64,000 nucleotides of DNA from Octopus vulgaris (taxonomy: Eukaryota), in the NCBI GenBank assembly GCA_951406725.2, contig OX597821.1, positions 29,450,001 through 29,514,000 of the forward strand, written 5' to 3'. The notes under the pieces were generated by a model. That model had not been told where the DNA came from. It ran no database searches and was given only the letters and a program-made list of their open reading frames with translations. Below are positions 14,586 to 29,290 of the stretch, piece by piece. Position numbers and translations under genes: made by a program. Position 1 is the first letter of the stretch; each line of letters opens with the position of its first letter.

Positions 14586-14616
<31 letters not shown>

Positions 14617-16151
14617 GTATGCAGCTGACAGCTCAGTGGTGGCAAAGAAGCAAGTTAAGTCGGACATCAAAGTGAGATAATACTTTCCTTTCATTTGACA
14701 GATGTCATGCAGCATCTTATTTTGACACAGCATCAGTTCCTGACACATGCATGCATGAGAGAGAGATGGACGGAGAAACTGTGAACTGATGCAAACGCAT
14801 TCACATTCCTATACACAACAATGCAACACAACATGCATATACGTATGTTGTATACCACATACACGCAGACAACCCATACATATAAACATTATCACATTTG
14901 TCATGCCTGATGGCACGTTATGCAAGACCCAGCTATGAATAATGTTTTCCTATTCCTGTTATTAAAGAAACAGATTTTTATACACACACACATATATATA
15001 TATGCACAATTAAAAATACATGTGAATATATATATAAAATTAAAAATACATGTGAATATATATATTTATATGTATATATACAATTAAAAATACATGTGAA
15101 TATATATATATATATGAGCATATACACATTTGTATGTAAGTGTATATATACATGCACATATATGTTGTACATTCATATATATACATACAGACAACACTAC
15201 ACACACACCAAAATATATGTCTATATTATATATATATATACATATACAGGCACACATATATGCACACATATACCCGCATATGCATATACTTACATTTACA
15301 TATATAGATACATGCATACATACATACATACATACATATATATATATACATAGATACACATACACACATATGCATGCACATGTTAATACATATATAGTGA
15401 AAGTCAACTGAAGTCCTCATATACCCACTTCTTGGAAAATTGTAAATTTCTTGCATGTTATCATGGAAGCCCACAAAGAGAACACAATTGCCAGCTGTGG
15501 GATAGATGGCCAGTTCCAAAATAGGGGAAGCTTTGTTTAGACCACCTGTATGAGGTCTTTCCTGATTAACAGGTAAGAACTAGTATCTCTGAAAAAGATG
15601 GCTCAAGCACTTGAAGTGCTGCCAAATTTTGCCATTACCATAGTTTCAAAGAAAAGATACCCAGATTTCCTAGCTATCTAACATGCAGGGCTTGAAATTA
15701 CATACTTCCTCTAGCCCCCATCACTACAGGACTGTGTGAAAGATCCAATGTGTGTTTTCCAAAACATTCCTGTGCATAAAATTGATTATAGAGAGTGAAT
15801 AGTGTATCGAAATGCACACACCTATTTCAGATAGAACAACTGGGATGACCAGAAGCTGAACAATCCTTGGGTTTTACATCAACTGACCACATGTTTAACT
15901 CCTCTATCCGTTTGACACGCATTGTTTTAATCCTGTTGGGTTTCTAGCAATCCTTAACACTGACAGCCTGGTAACATGTCATCTCATACAACCTGTTGCA
16001 CTGTCATGTCATTGGCAACTTAACCAGTTCTTCCATTATATATACAAACACTTATACATTCATATTCTACACAGATATAAATGAACACACACAAATGTGT
16101 ATGTAGACATATCTATATCCATCCACACACATACAAATGTGCATGTGTGTT

Positions 16152-16200
<49 letters not shown>

Positions 16201-16223
16201 CACATACACACCAGACATGTGTT

Positions 16224-16261
<38 letters not shown>

Positions 16262-17528
16262 ACAGAGAGAGAGAGAGATCTTGTATAAAGTTTCAGACGC
16301 TTGGAGTATTCCCACAAGTCAGAAATTAAATGAAATATGTAAGCTTCAAACAGACATTTTTGCAAATGTCACTTGCAAGGTTTTTTTTTTTTTTTTTTTT
16401 TTTAAAGAAATGTAAAGATAGGCATTTTCTTCATAACTTTCATATGATATTTCAAAATATATTGATACGACAGATATTTCAAGGAAAAAAACAAGTTCAG
16501 ACTACTATCTGAATGATTGGAAATATGGAGTTGGAGTGCTGGAATTACAAACCTTTCAGTTAAGATATATTAAAGAACATGTTACATTTACAAACTGAAT
16601 TTTGTAATTTATCACTTCTTAGTGAATCAACAGGAATTTATTTGCATCACCATTGATGCAAATAAATTTGAACCAACTTTTCCATGCTGACATGGGTCAG
16701 ATGAAATCTGTTGTGGTTCCTTTCTTATCACTAACTACCACCTGTGGCCAGGTAAGGTAATATTTATCCATGGCTAATTATGTTTTTTATGTTACGACAG
16801 AAAATTAGAAATGAAGGATACCGCTTTAATGTTAGGGACACTCACTTACAATTATTATGTGATGTAGTAACACGTACATTTATGCCAGACTTATTTTCAG
16901 ATTCCATCCATAAGGCTTTTGTCAGCCTGGGGTAAGAGTAGAAGATATATGCCCATGGTGACACACAATGGGACCGAGCCCAAAACCAAATGGTTACGAA
17001 GCAAACTTCTTATCACACAGTCACACCTGTGTCTATATACCACATGTATACTTTAATTCACTAATTGATTTTAGTCACTGGATTGTGGCTAAAGTGGTAC
17101 ATCACCTTAATATGTTTTAGTAGATTACCTGATCTCTGGAGCAGCTGACTGGTCACATAGTGAGACTGAGCATGATTGGAACTCAGTGTAAAAGGATGTA
17201 ACTAAATCAATTTTGGGTCGCATTCTACTGGTTCTGCAAATCCCCCAACAAATATTTCATTTACACTTATTTCTTATATGCTACCATGGGTTATATGAAT
17301 ATATTATGAGACAATGTTTTATAGCTGGACACTCTTCTTGTTACTAACCTTCACCTGTTTTCTCACACAAGGGGTCTCCAATTTAACATGTCTTCGCAAG
17401 CACTGAGCTAGCGAATGATTTATTGACATGGGCTAGGACACCAACACAACATATATGTAGGTAAGTGATTTTTGGAGGTGTGAAAAATGTAAACAAAGCC
17501 TTATGCATGAACACCCACATACATATGC

Positions 17529-17875
<347 letters not shown>

Positions 17876-18035
17876 ACAGGCTTTATACGTGCACAACAGG
17901 CTTTGTATCATTTCTGTCTTCAGATTTCTGTCTTCTAAAATTACTCACAAAGCATTGATTGATGCAGGGCTATAATAAAAGTACCTGCCCAAGGTGCAGC
18001 ACTTCTTACCTATGCAGCCATGCTTGCACCTGAAG

Positions 18036-18368
18036 AATCAGGGTTAACCTGCAGTTAAACAAGGACATAGCTTTGATGAATTAGGAAAAGAGGCCTAACA
18101 TTGGGATAAACTAAGATATAGGTCTGATGAATAAGGGATAATCTTGGGTTGTACAAACAGATAAGTCCACTTAAACAGGGCTAATCTTAGGTTAAACAAA
18201 GACACAGGTCTGCTGAATCAGTACTAACCATGGTTTTAAAGAAAGAGATAGGTCTACTCCACCAAGGCTAACCTAGGGTTAAAAAAATAACATAGCAGTG
18301 CTCAATCATAGATAATCTTTGTTTGAACATCCACATAAGTTGCCTTATAAGGGACAACCTTCGGTTCA
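18036..18368 (+). repeat. Degenerate 43-44 nt tandem array (about 8 units)
   Basis: Unit starts at 18067, 18118, 18161, 18204, 18248, 18292 and 18335, plus a partial unit from 18036; consensus approximately ataggtctgctgaatcagggctaacctngggttaaacaaagac. Confidence 0.8.
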
Positions 18369-18540
18369 CCTTTTAGCATTTAAGCTGGCCATATCTGGCC
18401 CTAATATTCTATCTTATTTTATGATCAAACTGGCCTGATCCAACCCCTCTAAAGCTATGAGATAATGCATGATTAATTCAAAACAATGTGAATAAATAAG
18501 CATTACATCTGACACAGCAATCTGAATGCTAAAGGATTAA
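18369..18540. mobile_element. piggyBac-like MITE
   Basis: Inverted termini ccttttagcatt ... aatgctaaaggaTTAA; an opposite-orientation copy at 20583-20805 starts TTAAccttttagcattcag. Confidence 0.65.
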
Positions 18541-20185
18541 ACAACATACATATTCTACACATTTATTTATATAAGTAAACTTACACACACACATATATAT
18601 ATATATATATATCCACATACACATAGAAAATTATATACTAAAAGCATATGCATGAATATGCATAATATTTACATACCTGTTTGCTAATAACAACCAATCC
18701 TAACTGCACACAAACACATGTTTGTGCAGATAATGACACATCGTCATATACTGACTCACTAACGCATACATACAATATTAATATCACATACATAAAACTA
18801 TACACAAAAAAAATTACAAAAAGCATACAGCAACACACAAACGTACACATAGACAATCGTAACCAAACATCAATACACACACGTAAACCACAACATTAAC
18901 AAAACCAGCAGCGAAAGTCATACACAAAAATCCATGAAAGGCGGTATACAGCCATATACATACATAGAAATTTAAGCAAACATCTCACAATGATATACAC
19001 ACACACACACACGCATACACACTCACACTACCAATATCGCATGTACATAAGCAGACGCAAAAATTTATACAAAAAAGGCACACATCCACACAAATACAGA
19101 AACGGAACCAAAGATCAATACGCACAATACATAAATACAGATACATATTCAAGCACAGAAACACACACACAAACACATACACACACACACACGCGTGTGC
19201 ATACAAAAGGTTTCCTTGTCATTACTGCTTCTCTGCATAATCACAGTTAGTCCTGTGTTTCTTTACAGTTTCTGCAACAGTGGATCAACAAAAGCTGCCA
19301 ACATTTTTCCATTACTACTACTACCACCACCACCACCATTACCTATACCATAATGAAAGTATACCTTACCACAGCAGAAATTCTATACACATTCTTTCAA
19401 GTAGTAGTAGTAGTAGTTGTCAAAGATACTACTATTATTATTATTGTTATTATTATTATTATTATTGCTATTTTTAATTGTTGTTGCTGCTGCTGCTACA
19501 GTTGTCTTTTTTTTTTATCAATAGATTTGTCTCTTGCAAACTTGGAGATCAATAAACTTTACATTTAATGTCAGATCAATGTATTTTTTTTGTTTTGTCT
19601 TTTCTGCCTCATTTTACATTTCTTTTGGTTTTTATTTTGTTAATTATCCCTTTTTCTTTCACTTATTTTATTTATTTTTCTTTGTTTTCTGGGTCTGTTC
19701 AATATAATTTTTTAAATTCTTTAATATTTCTTTTTGCTTCGCTTTTTGATTTCCATTCCTAAATATTCATCTATATTTGCATGAAAAAAAAAATAATGAT
19801 AATATAATTTGATTAATCTAATTATAAGTCATAGAAATAACACAATAAATTGCCTTCACACAAAGAAGCTTGCAGTGTGGGCATTCATACCAAACCCAGA
19901 GGTAGACATACAACAGAAGAAGTGACACAGCTGATTGCAAAGATGTGGCATGAAAGAAATACAAAAAAGAAGTGCTTTGAGAATAACAAAATACGGAGGT
20001 GATGTAAGGGGTTTAAAAGAGTTAATGATATATGAAGCATCAAGATCTGTAGCATTTACTGTGGGGCACAGGTTTTAGAACTACACCCGTATTGGTAATC
20101 AATACAGATCAGATGACAAATTCTTATTATGGATTCCCTGAAACAGTAGGGTTTGAGTTAAAAGATATTTAACTAGTTTCTAAAG

Positions 20186-20384
20186 CAGTGGTTCTCAACC
20201 TGTTTGATATCCAGATCTGATCCGAAACTTGAGGTTTTTTTAGGAGGCCGCATCAAAAGAAGTAAAAACATGAGTCAATTAAAGAAGAAATTATTATATT
20301 TATAGAGGGAATACTCTTAAAGGCTGTTGAAAGGATACTTGAGTGCCGCATGCAGCTCTGGGAACCTGCTGTTGAGAACCGCTA
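20186..20384. mobile_element. hAT (Charlie-like) MITE, 199 bp
   Basis: Terminal inverted repeats CAGTGGTTCTCAAC / GTTGAGAACCGCTA; 8-bp TSD ttctaaag (20178-20185) / tactaaag (20385-20392). Confidence 0.85.
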
Positions 20385-20582
20385 TACTAAAGGGTTGAAC
20401 AATTGCCTAGAGGTACTCTCAGATTGGTCACAGATTTTTTTGTTTTAATATTTTATCTTTCAACTTTTACTGAGAAAGAAGGCAAAGCCTATGACTTCTT
20501 CATTGCTGCAAAGATCAGTGGGTAAGAAAGACTTGGCTCAAGGTATCTACAGTACCATAGTTCTGTTCAACTTAGTAACAGA

Positions 20583-20805
20583 TTAACCTTTTAGCATTCA
20601 GATTACTCCATCAAATGTGATGCTTATTTATTCACATTGTTTTGAATTAAATCATGCACTATCTCATAACTTCAAAATTTTGATGATGTGACTGTTTATT
20701 TTTATAATGACATTGTAAGGTTGGCCTAAGAAAGAGAAACCGGTTGGTTTGAACATAAAACAGATAGAACACTCGAGCTGGATGTGGCCAGTTTAAAGTG
20801 TTAAG
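20583..20805. mobile_element. piggyBac-like MITE, same family as 18369-18540
   Basis: TTAA followed by ccttttagcattcagattac; internal sequence is the reverse complement of the 18.4 kb copy. Confidence 0.65.
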
Positions 20806-20989
20806 GCTACTTTCTAAGTAGACCATGGTAGGATGTGATCTTTTGATGCAAACTGCTAGAGTAAATACCATAAGGCATGCAGTCCAATGTTCTTATAGTT
20901 CAAATCCACTACCCTGAATGGGTACATTTTTTATGAACCCTAAAAGGATGAAAAGAATAATTGACAGAGAGAGAGCGTGTGTGTGTGTG

Positions 20990-21240
20990 TGTTGTCTCCT
21001 GGCTTTGACATTGTGTGACAGTTGTAAATGAATAACACTGCAATGCGACTGGTATAACTTGATTCCTATATGCTGTGAAAGCATGTCCAGTCTATGGAAA
21101 ATATTATCTTACTTAGAAACAGATGAGGGGTGGCAACAGGAAGGGCATCAAGCCAGAGGAAAATCTGCCTCAACAAAATTCTGTACGATCCATGCAAGCA
21201 TGGAAAAGTGGGTATTAAAATGATGATGATGATGATGATG
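20990..21240 (+). mobile_element. SINE family B 3' half (RTE-type tail)
   Basis: ggaaaatattatcttacttagaaacag...aggaagggcatc...catgcaagcatggaaaagtg followed by (ATG)n; similar to 33100-33320, 22660-22945 and 63160-63335. Confidence 0.75.
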
Positions 21241-22045
21241 GCAGATAAACCCAGGACTAAACAACAAAAACAACACCGTTACCACAGCTTTTACCATTAC
21301 CACCACCACTACCACCACCACTGTCATCATTGCCTGAAATGAATTGACATTGTGTGTATTTGATACAAGTGTAAAGAAAGAGAATGCCAGATATTGTCAG
21401 AGGTTTATTTCTTTCTTCTATTGTTCCTCCTTGAATCGGGGAATATTGTGGGACAATGCTGCCCACACAATCAAAGCGTAGATCTTACAAGATCCAATAG
21501 GATTCCATCCATGGAAAACCTGAAAAGCTGCAACAGTTTATAAAAGACAAACTCCCTTAAGAAGACAAAAGGTTTGTTCAACCCCTTCATTACCTTACAT
21601 TATATTTCAACAGAAATAGTAATAGGTAAAATTCTGTACAATTCCATGCAAGCATGGAAAAGTGGGTTTTACAATGATGATGATGATTGTTTACATAACA
21701 AAGCAATGCTTTTTATGTAGGACACATCTCTTTGTTATGAAACGTCTGTAGTTTTATTTGTTCCAATCCTTACTTTCATGGATTTCAACAGAAATATATA
21801 TCTGTTTTTATTTCAACTAATTTTGAAAGTAAAAAAGAATTTACTAAAATAACTTTTACCATTACAAATTATTGGAACATTATCTAACATGAAGCTTTGA
21901 CAGAAAGTAAATTTACAGCAAAAGTGGTTTTTGGCAAGCAAGTTGGTATCAAAAGGGTTAAACTGGTGTTGTATTTTATGTAACAGCAACAAAGTGACCA
22001 GTAAAATTACATGGTTAACCCCTGCCAGAATACTAACCTTTACCC

Positions 22046-22320
22046 ATCATCAACGTTTAGCATCCACTTTCCATGCTAGCATGGGTTGGACAGTTCAACT
22101 GGGGTCTGGGAAGCCAGAAGGCTGCACCAGGTCCAGTCTGATTTGGCAATGTTTCTATTGCTGGATGCCCTTCCTAAGACCAACCACTCCAAGAATATAG
22201 TGGGTGCTTTTTACGTACCACCGGCATGGAGGCCAGACGAGGCTGGCAAAGGCCACGATTGGATGGTGCTTTTTACGTGCCACCGGCACAGAGGCCAGTT
22301 GGGGCAGCGCTGGCACCCAG
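22046..22320 (-). mobile_element. 5'-truncated RTE LINE 3' end
   Basis: Same tail as 12698-12928 plus about two 3' UTR repeat units. Confidence 0.85.
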
Positions 22321-24131
22321 TCAAATAAAATTGCTCAACCAAGTTCTTCATCCCTTCACAGACCCCCAAAAACATTCAAAGCTATTATTTAGCCCAAGGC
22401 CAATCCTCACAAGCAAAATGTAAAATCAAATGCATTCCAGCCAAAGTAGTACCATCTTATCTCACAGGTTGTATAGAACTAGGTCTATGACTTAATATAA
22501 CCCCTCTTTTTATTTAGATACAGAAGGGTTTTGAGAACAGATTTGGAATATAGAAACTGGAAGAATCCCATTAGACAGACAGACAGATAAATAGGAAGAT
22601 GGATGGATGGATGGATATGTAGGTGAGCATGAATGTAGGTGTATGTGTGCATATTTCCTTGTCTTAACAAAGGTACATGAGAGTTATCAACAAAATTGAG
22701 TCATACAAGGTAACATTTATTTGAAATCTTCTGTGAAATTACATCTGTCCACTAGTCTGCTCATGACTGAAGGACAAAGGAAAATATACCTCACTTGGAA
22801 ATGGGTAAAGGTTGTTGGGTTGTTGGCATGAAGAGTATCCAGGCGTACAAAAAAATCTGCCCCAACAAATTTCATCTAACCCATCCAAGCACGCATGAAA
22901 AAGTTGATGTGAAAACAAAAATGATGATGATGATGATGATGATGAGTAGATGTAGCTTGAGGAGCATAACTTGACTGCTTTTTTTTGTGGATTGATCCTT
23001 CTTTACAGACTCCTTCGTTTGGCTTAAAACATCAGGTTAGTGAAACAGCTCCAAACACCTTGTGACATCATATCCCTAGCCTCATAAAGATACTCCACTT
23101 ACGCTAGAAAACCCAACTACTTCACTTCCAGCCTTTGCAACAACATTCAATTGGGCAACCAACTTCTAACAATATTTACCAGAATCCATAACATTGTCTA
23201 CTCCAAACCAATACTACATCTAATCTTGCTTACTAGAAGAGACTTGTTTAATCAGCTTCCAACAGACTCCTCAGAATTCAGTATTTTTTTTTTTTTTGCT
23301 TCTTTTTTCTTAGAACCAAATAATACATCAAAGACAAATTTTTTTTTTTCTTTTCTTTCTCAAACCCGCTTATAACATTCTACCAATGAACTTTTTCTAC
23401 TTCAACAAAAATGTACAATTACTTCAGCTTTACCAAAACGAAAAGCCTCTTCCCTCAACCGCAACTTATATTCAGAACAATCTCTGCAGCAAGCATATTA
23501 AAACTACTTTTGCTCTGGCTAACAACGGCATCTGTCCTAAATCAGCTTATAACATTCTCCAATGAACGCATAAGCAATCTATAATGTTCACTACCATGTA
23601 TACCGTGTCTATTCAAGGCAAACAACAACCTCTTTAAAGAGCTAACAAGGGAGACAACATCATAACAACAACAGCAACAACAACACAGAAAAAAAATAGA
23701 GGACAACAACAACACTGTCAAAACTATTTATATGTTAAAAAAAAAAGTTCCAAAAACAACTACACAAAGAATAACAACAACAAAACAAGAGCAATAAATA
23801 TATCTATTAATATTAACAATGGTTGTGATTATTATTATATGTTCAGTCTAACAGCAAAATTCCTGTTCTTTATCTCCATCTTCTACAGTCACAATGCAAC
23901 AAGGTTACATATAAATTTCAGGCTCTCCTTCCTTTACTTCCACCCTACCAATACACACACATACAATACCCAATATACCTCTTACTCTACCTTCAATATT
24001 CATATACCTTAAAACTGCTCTTTCTCCATCCTACATTCTCTCTCCCACTTTGCCTCCTTTATTCCTTCAACTTACACTAATCCTCATTGCTCTCTCTCAC
24101 CCTCTCTCTATTACTCTTTCTTTCTGTTCAT

Positions 24132-24167
<36 letters not shown>

Positions 24168-24815
24168 ATATTTCACTCTCCTTTCTTTCATAAACCATCA
24201 CATTCATAGTCTTCACCTTTACTCTGAACTCTATCTCTACCACTTTTAATCTCTACGTCCCAAACAAATCTATCTCCATATTTTTTCTTTCTCTATCTCT
24301 CCCATTCTCTCTCCCTCTCCCTCTCTCTTTCTGTCCCTCTTTTTACCCCCACCCATTTGCTGTCCCACAGATGAAACAAGGTTATCTGAATGTGCAATAC
24401 AAATGTGAAATTAGCTTTACATACATGAAGAAACTATTTTTGTACAAAAAAACAACTGTAAAAGTGCACCTTTCTATTGCTAGCAGGTTGTACCACAGAC
24501 AATAGACAGAGAAAATTAATTTTCGCTTTTATAAAAGCAAAGACGATGATGATGATGATTCTACTTTTGATAGCTGGTTATTAAAATACCAAGGGTCATG
24601 CTAATGATGATGATAGTAACGGTAGTTATTATATTGGTGGTGATTGTGAATATGGTACAGATAAGCGATATTAAAATGTTTATGATGACTATGCTAATAA
24701 CTATGATGGTGATAGTGTGATGAAGGCCATGGTGTTGACGATGGCAATGATGAAAATTATTACCCTTAATACTGTAGTTGTTGTTATTTATGTATTCTAG
24801 GAAGTGACTCTTGCA

Positions 24816-24854
<39 letters not shown>

Positions 24855-25924
24855 ATGATTTGTATTTCTGGAAGTTACATTTGAAGTAGCTGCAGGAAAT
24901 TACTCAAGTAAGCAAACCTTTGGCACGGAGGTGACCAATTAAATGCACAGGGGAGCGTTCCACAGATTGAGCACACTTGCAAGATACATCATGCTTTGGC
25001 CTAATAGAAAGCCACTTCTGTGTGAGTCCTTCCATGGCTGACTGTCAAGCAGGTGCCAGCTAACAAGAGCTATGTTTAGTTCATGGATCTGTGTATTGTC
25101 ATATGGATCCATCCTAGTGGCAAGTTTCTGCAGTGATAATCAGATGAAAGATAAATCTCAATTCCACACCTCACCCCAAGATTAACAGTTTCAGAAGTGC
25201 AAGCCAATGTATTATTTCTACAATGTAGCTATAGTTTGCGGTAATGAACTGTAACCACACTGACAGTACCTGCTTCACAGTTGAGTGGTCTTCATGATAG
25301 AGAACAAAGTTTCTTGATCCTTGCTTGCCATTACACCATTCCAGCAATAACATAGGAACCATTGATCTTCTTTGATTGCTCTTCAGGACCTGTCTTAATT
25401 TCTTTTTTTTTTTTATAACAGGCACACAAATGAACTAATAGTAAAAGCCATTACAGTCCTTCACTAAAAAAGAAGCCCATTCGTAAAAAAAAGCCAGTGG
25501 TGAGCCAATAAGGAAAGCTCAACTTGATTGAGCAAGGAAACTTTTGCATATTGCTTATACTTGTTCAGCCTGCTAAATGTAGCAACCAAATTTCTCTCAA
25601 ACCATACCCAGCTATGAAAGAGCATAGTGGATAACATTGTCATAAACATACAATAAGCATTTAATAATTTGATTGTATGTATACTGGCTAACATGGGGTT
25701 AAATAACAATAACCACATATTGAAAGAGAAAAGAGAAACAAAGTACCTGAAGGGAATTACAAAATTTGCTTAGTTAGTTACTTTTTATTTTCTAGTATCA
25801 TATAAATTCATATGTCTAGAATGATTATCAGGTTACCTGTTGATCCAGCTGGAAGACTCCACCCCCAACACACATATACATATGAACTTTTTGACTTGAT
25901 CCAGCAGCATCTGTATGGTGTTGG

Positions 25925-26215
25925 AGGCACATAGCTTAGTGGTAAGAGCAGCGAACTCGAGGGATTGTGGGTTCGAATCTCAGACCAGGTGATGTGTGTG
26001 TTTATGAGCGAAACACCTAAGCTCCACGCGGATCCGGCAGAAGGTATTGGCGAACTTCTGCTGACTCTTTCTCCACAACTTTCTCTCACTCTTTCCTCCT
26101 GCATCTTGCAGCTCACCTACGATGGACCGGCGTTCTGTCTAGGTGGGGAACCTATACGCCAAGGAAACTGGGAAACCGGCCCTTATAAGCCAGGCGTGGC
26201 TCGAGAAGGAACAAA
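25925..26215 (+). mobile_element. tRNA-derived SINE (distinct family) with long TSD
   Basis: A-box tagcttagtgg, B-box ggttcgaatc; perfect 17-nt direct repeat catctgtatggtgttgg at 25908-25924 and 26216-26232. Confidence 0.9.
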
Positions 26216-27702
26216 CATCTGTATGGTGTTGGTATGTTTTGAAGATTTGTCTTACATACTATACTGGATTGGTGAGTGGGCTTTTTAGGCTCCAAGGTAA
26301 AGTTTAAACTCTGTACACAAAGAGCTGGAGCACATGCCACAAAGTATCTTATTCCACATATTAGTAATTTCTCCAATTGGCTATCATAGCCTGGTTCATT
26401 ATCAACCCCACAAGAATGAAAGGAAAATCGTGTTACTCAATGTTTTTGTCAACACTACAGGACTTGCACATTATCGACCTCAGAGGAAGGAAAAGTAAAA
26501 TTTGACCTCAGTTAAATTTGAACTTGGAACTTAATGTAAGGAAGAAATACCTCAAGATATTTTGTCTAAAGTTCTAATGATTTTTCCAATGCACTAGCAT
26601 TATCACAGTAATAATAGAAAGTCAAATCAGTATCTGAATTTGGAAGTATAACTCAGAAAACTAGATGTGCTCATTTCCTATAAACTGGAGAAAAAAAGAT
26701 TAGAAGTGATAGAATGAGAGCCTCTACTTCCCTCAGTAGAGATGGAGAGGAAGAGAAAGAGAGAGAGAGGGGGGGAGGAAATGAAAGAAGGCAGAAAACA
26801 GCCAGTGTGTGTGTGTGTGTGTGTGTGAGGGAGGTTAGAGAAGGACAGACAAATAGACAGATGTCAGCTTAGAAAGAGAAAGACTGAAGGCAGAATGCAA
26901 ATAAGAGAGAGACAATGGGGAGGAGGGAATCCACAACTAATGAGGAGAGAGGAAGACGAGAGAGAATGAGTAATAGAGATATGGGCAGTAAGATAACAGC
27001 GGATTGGACATTGATTAATTGGAAATATTCTATTGGGACCCCCATGCCCACAACCTCAACCCATATTTGAACACAGTACGCAAACCACTGCCAGAAATAC
27101 TGTTCTTGTTATGATGTGTGTGAATAGATGTGTGTGTGTAATACATGTACACACACACACATACACTGGATTAAAGGGACGGAAAAAGACAGAGAGAGAG
27201 ACAGAGAGAGAGAGAGAGACTATTTCTGGATTTGTATAACAACAGAATTCGTAGTTGAGGTCTATTTTAGAGCTTGTTGAAGAATTTTTTAAAAAAAGAC
27301 TATGATTTCCAGTCTTGCAATAGGCATTGGAGTAAAAGAAGGAAAGAAAAAAAAAAGACTCCCCTCATACTTTGATGTTTGCAGCTAAAACGCTGAGGCT
27401 TGTATCAACATAGAAAAATAAATACATTTCTATTTTAGAATTTACATTCTAGTCTATTCTATTCTGAGTACTGTCCAAACATACAACAAAAAGATTCCTG
27501 AATATTTCTACTTTTCGATGCTTACAAATATGTATTATACATTTGCACATTGTGTGTCTCATCACTGCTTTATCAAGTAGAGGGTAGTTTATGCTTAGCT
27601 AAATAGGTTTAATACAGCTGAAATATATCCAGATTTATTACTTGAGTGGGTTTGTTAATTAGTCAGTGACACATAGCGTTTGTCTTTTCAATGCATCAAA
27701 TA

Positions 27703-27706
<4 letters not shown>

Positions 27707-27748
<42 letters not shown>

Positions 27749-27753
27749 CATAT

Positions 27754-27846
<93 letters not shown>

Positions 27847-27878
27847 TATAATATATATATTAAATATAATATATATAT

Positions 27879-27913
<35 letters not shown>

Positions 27914-28032
27914 GTATGTATGTATGTATATATATATATGCATGTATGTATATATATATATGCATGTATGTATATATATATATATATATACATACATACA
28001 TATATATATATATGTATGTATATATATATATA
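27707..28032. repeat. (TA)n-dominated microsatellite
   Basis: About 325 nt of TA with CA/TG interruptions. Confidence 0.97.
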
Positions 28033-28887
28033 AAATATACTAGCATAGTACTTAACAGACCTGTGGAGATATGCTTGCAATCAATGAAAATCAGCTACCC
28101 ATGTTCAATTCTTAGTTGAAGCAATTTCGCTAACTTTGATACTTTCCTTTAAGAAATTGTAATTCCTTAATCATTAACCAATACTGGTAATCACCTTTTC
28201 ATGAATACCATGATTAGCAAATGACACATAAATAGCTAAGCTTGCTTTTGTTGTTGTTACTATTTAATCCAAGAGCAGCTATAATCAACAACACCTATGA
28301 TCGATATCATTCTAGCCATGGCAATCACATCTATTTTGTTTTATTTGTATTACTCCAAATACAGTATTCTCACGACAACTGAAGAATGTCAAGAGCTAAA
28401 TCCAGTACCACAAGACATTACTTAATGCACTAAAAATTCTGCAGTTTTACTACCCTAATCATGATAACATTAATCCTTTCTACTATGCGCACAAGTCCTA
28501 AAATTTTCAGGGAAGGAGTTTGTTGATAATATCAACCCCAGTACTTGACAGGTAAGTACTTGACCCTGGAAGAATGAAAGGCAAATTTGAGCTCAGTGAT
28601 CATTTCCAACTTAGACAGAATGCAAGTAGTGGTTACTTAATACCATCAATCCCACTTTTGTCTGGTGGAGTGGCTCACTTATGCTTTTGTATCGGTATTT
28701 CTACCAGATTCTTGTAAAGATTTTTCGAGAAACTTTTCCCAAGCAACCCAACATCACATGGATATTTGTTTTTATTACCTTATAGTTCCCACGAGTTATT
28801 CTAAAACTGAGTATGTGTGCTGGTGGTGTGTTGTGTGTGGGTATGACAAAATCTGCCTTTGTGGTCTCTGTGTTTCCTTTTAAGTTG

Positions 28888-28923
<36 letters not shown>

Positions 28924-28924
28924 G

Positions 28925-29290
28925 TGGGGGAGCATCATAGCCATGTGTTGAGAGGAATTCTTTGGGGTTTGAATATTTCACCGCTGGAAGCATGGGTGTT
29001 TCGTTCAACATCTTTAAACAACCCTTATTCAGGGACCTTTTGAGTGGGATGGGTTACTCGACCAGAAGAACATTCTAAGTAGGCCCCACCTGCAAGGTCA
29101 TGCGCTATTTATATTGATATGAGATTACCATGCCACGCACATATGGTTGTAATGCATGTGCCTGGTGTACCCTTATCAGACAGGTAGTCATGATGGGTAT
29201 GCTGGGCTTCGTGTATTTTACCCCTGTGTCACTTTGATGGCATGCACTGCTCTCTCACTCAATAATAATAATAATAATAATGATAATAAT
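28925..29290 (+). mobile_element. Probable LINE 3' UTR fragment ending in (AAT)n (CR1-like, tentative)
   Basis: GC-richer block between two (AAT)n tracts, ending ctctctcactcaataataat; the family assignment is from recall only. Confidence 0.45.

Noticed and set aside
14767-14790. tggacggagaa resembles the 5' end of miR-184 (TGGACGGAGAACTGATAAGGG)
   Set aside because: Only 11 nt match before divergence, and there is no complementary star arm for that segment.
18036-18368. CRISPR-like periodicity
   Set aside because: Whole units are similar along their length, there are no unique spacers or cas genes, and the context is eukaryotic.
24300-24505. Plus-strand acceptor cccacag|ATG with a 44-codon ORF
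   Set aside because: The pyrimidine tract is (CT)n microsatellite-derived, there is no good donor, and the peptide is unrecognisable.
25925-25995. tRNA gene
   Set aside because: A and B boxes are present but no complete cloverleaf; it continues into a SINE body bounded by a TSD.
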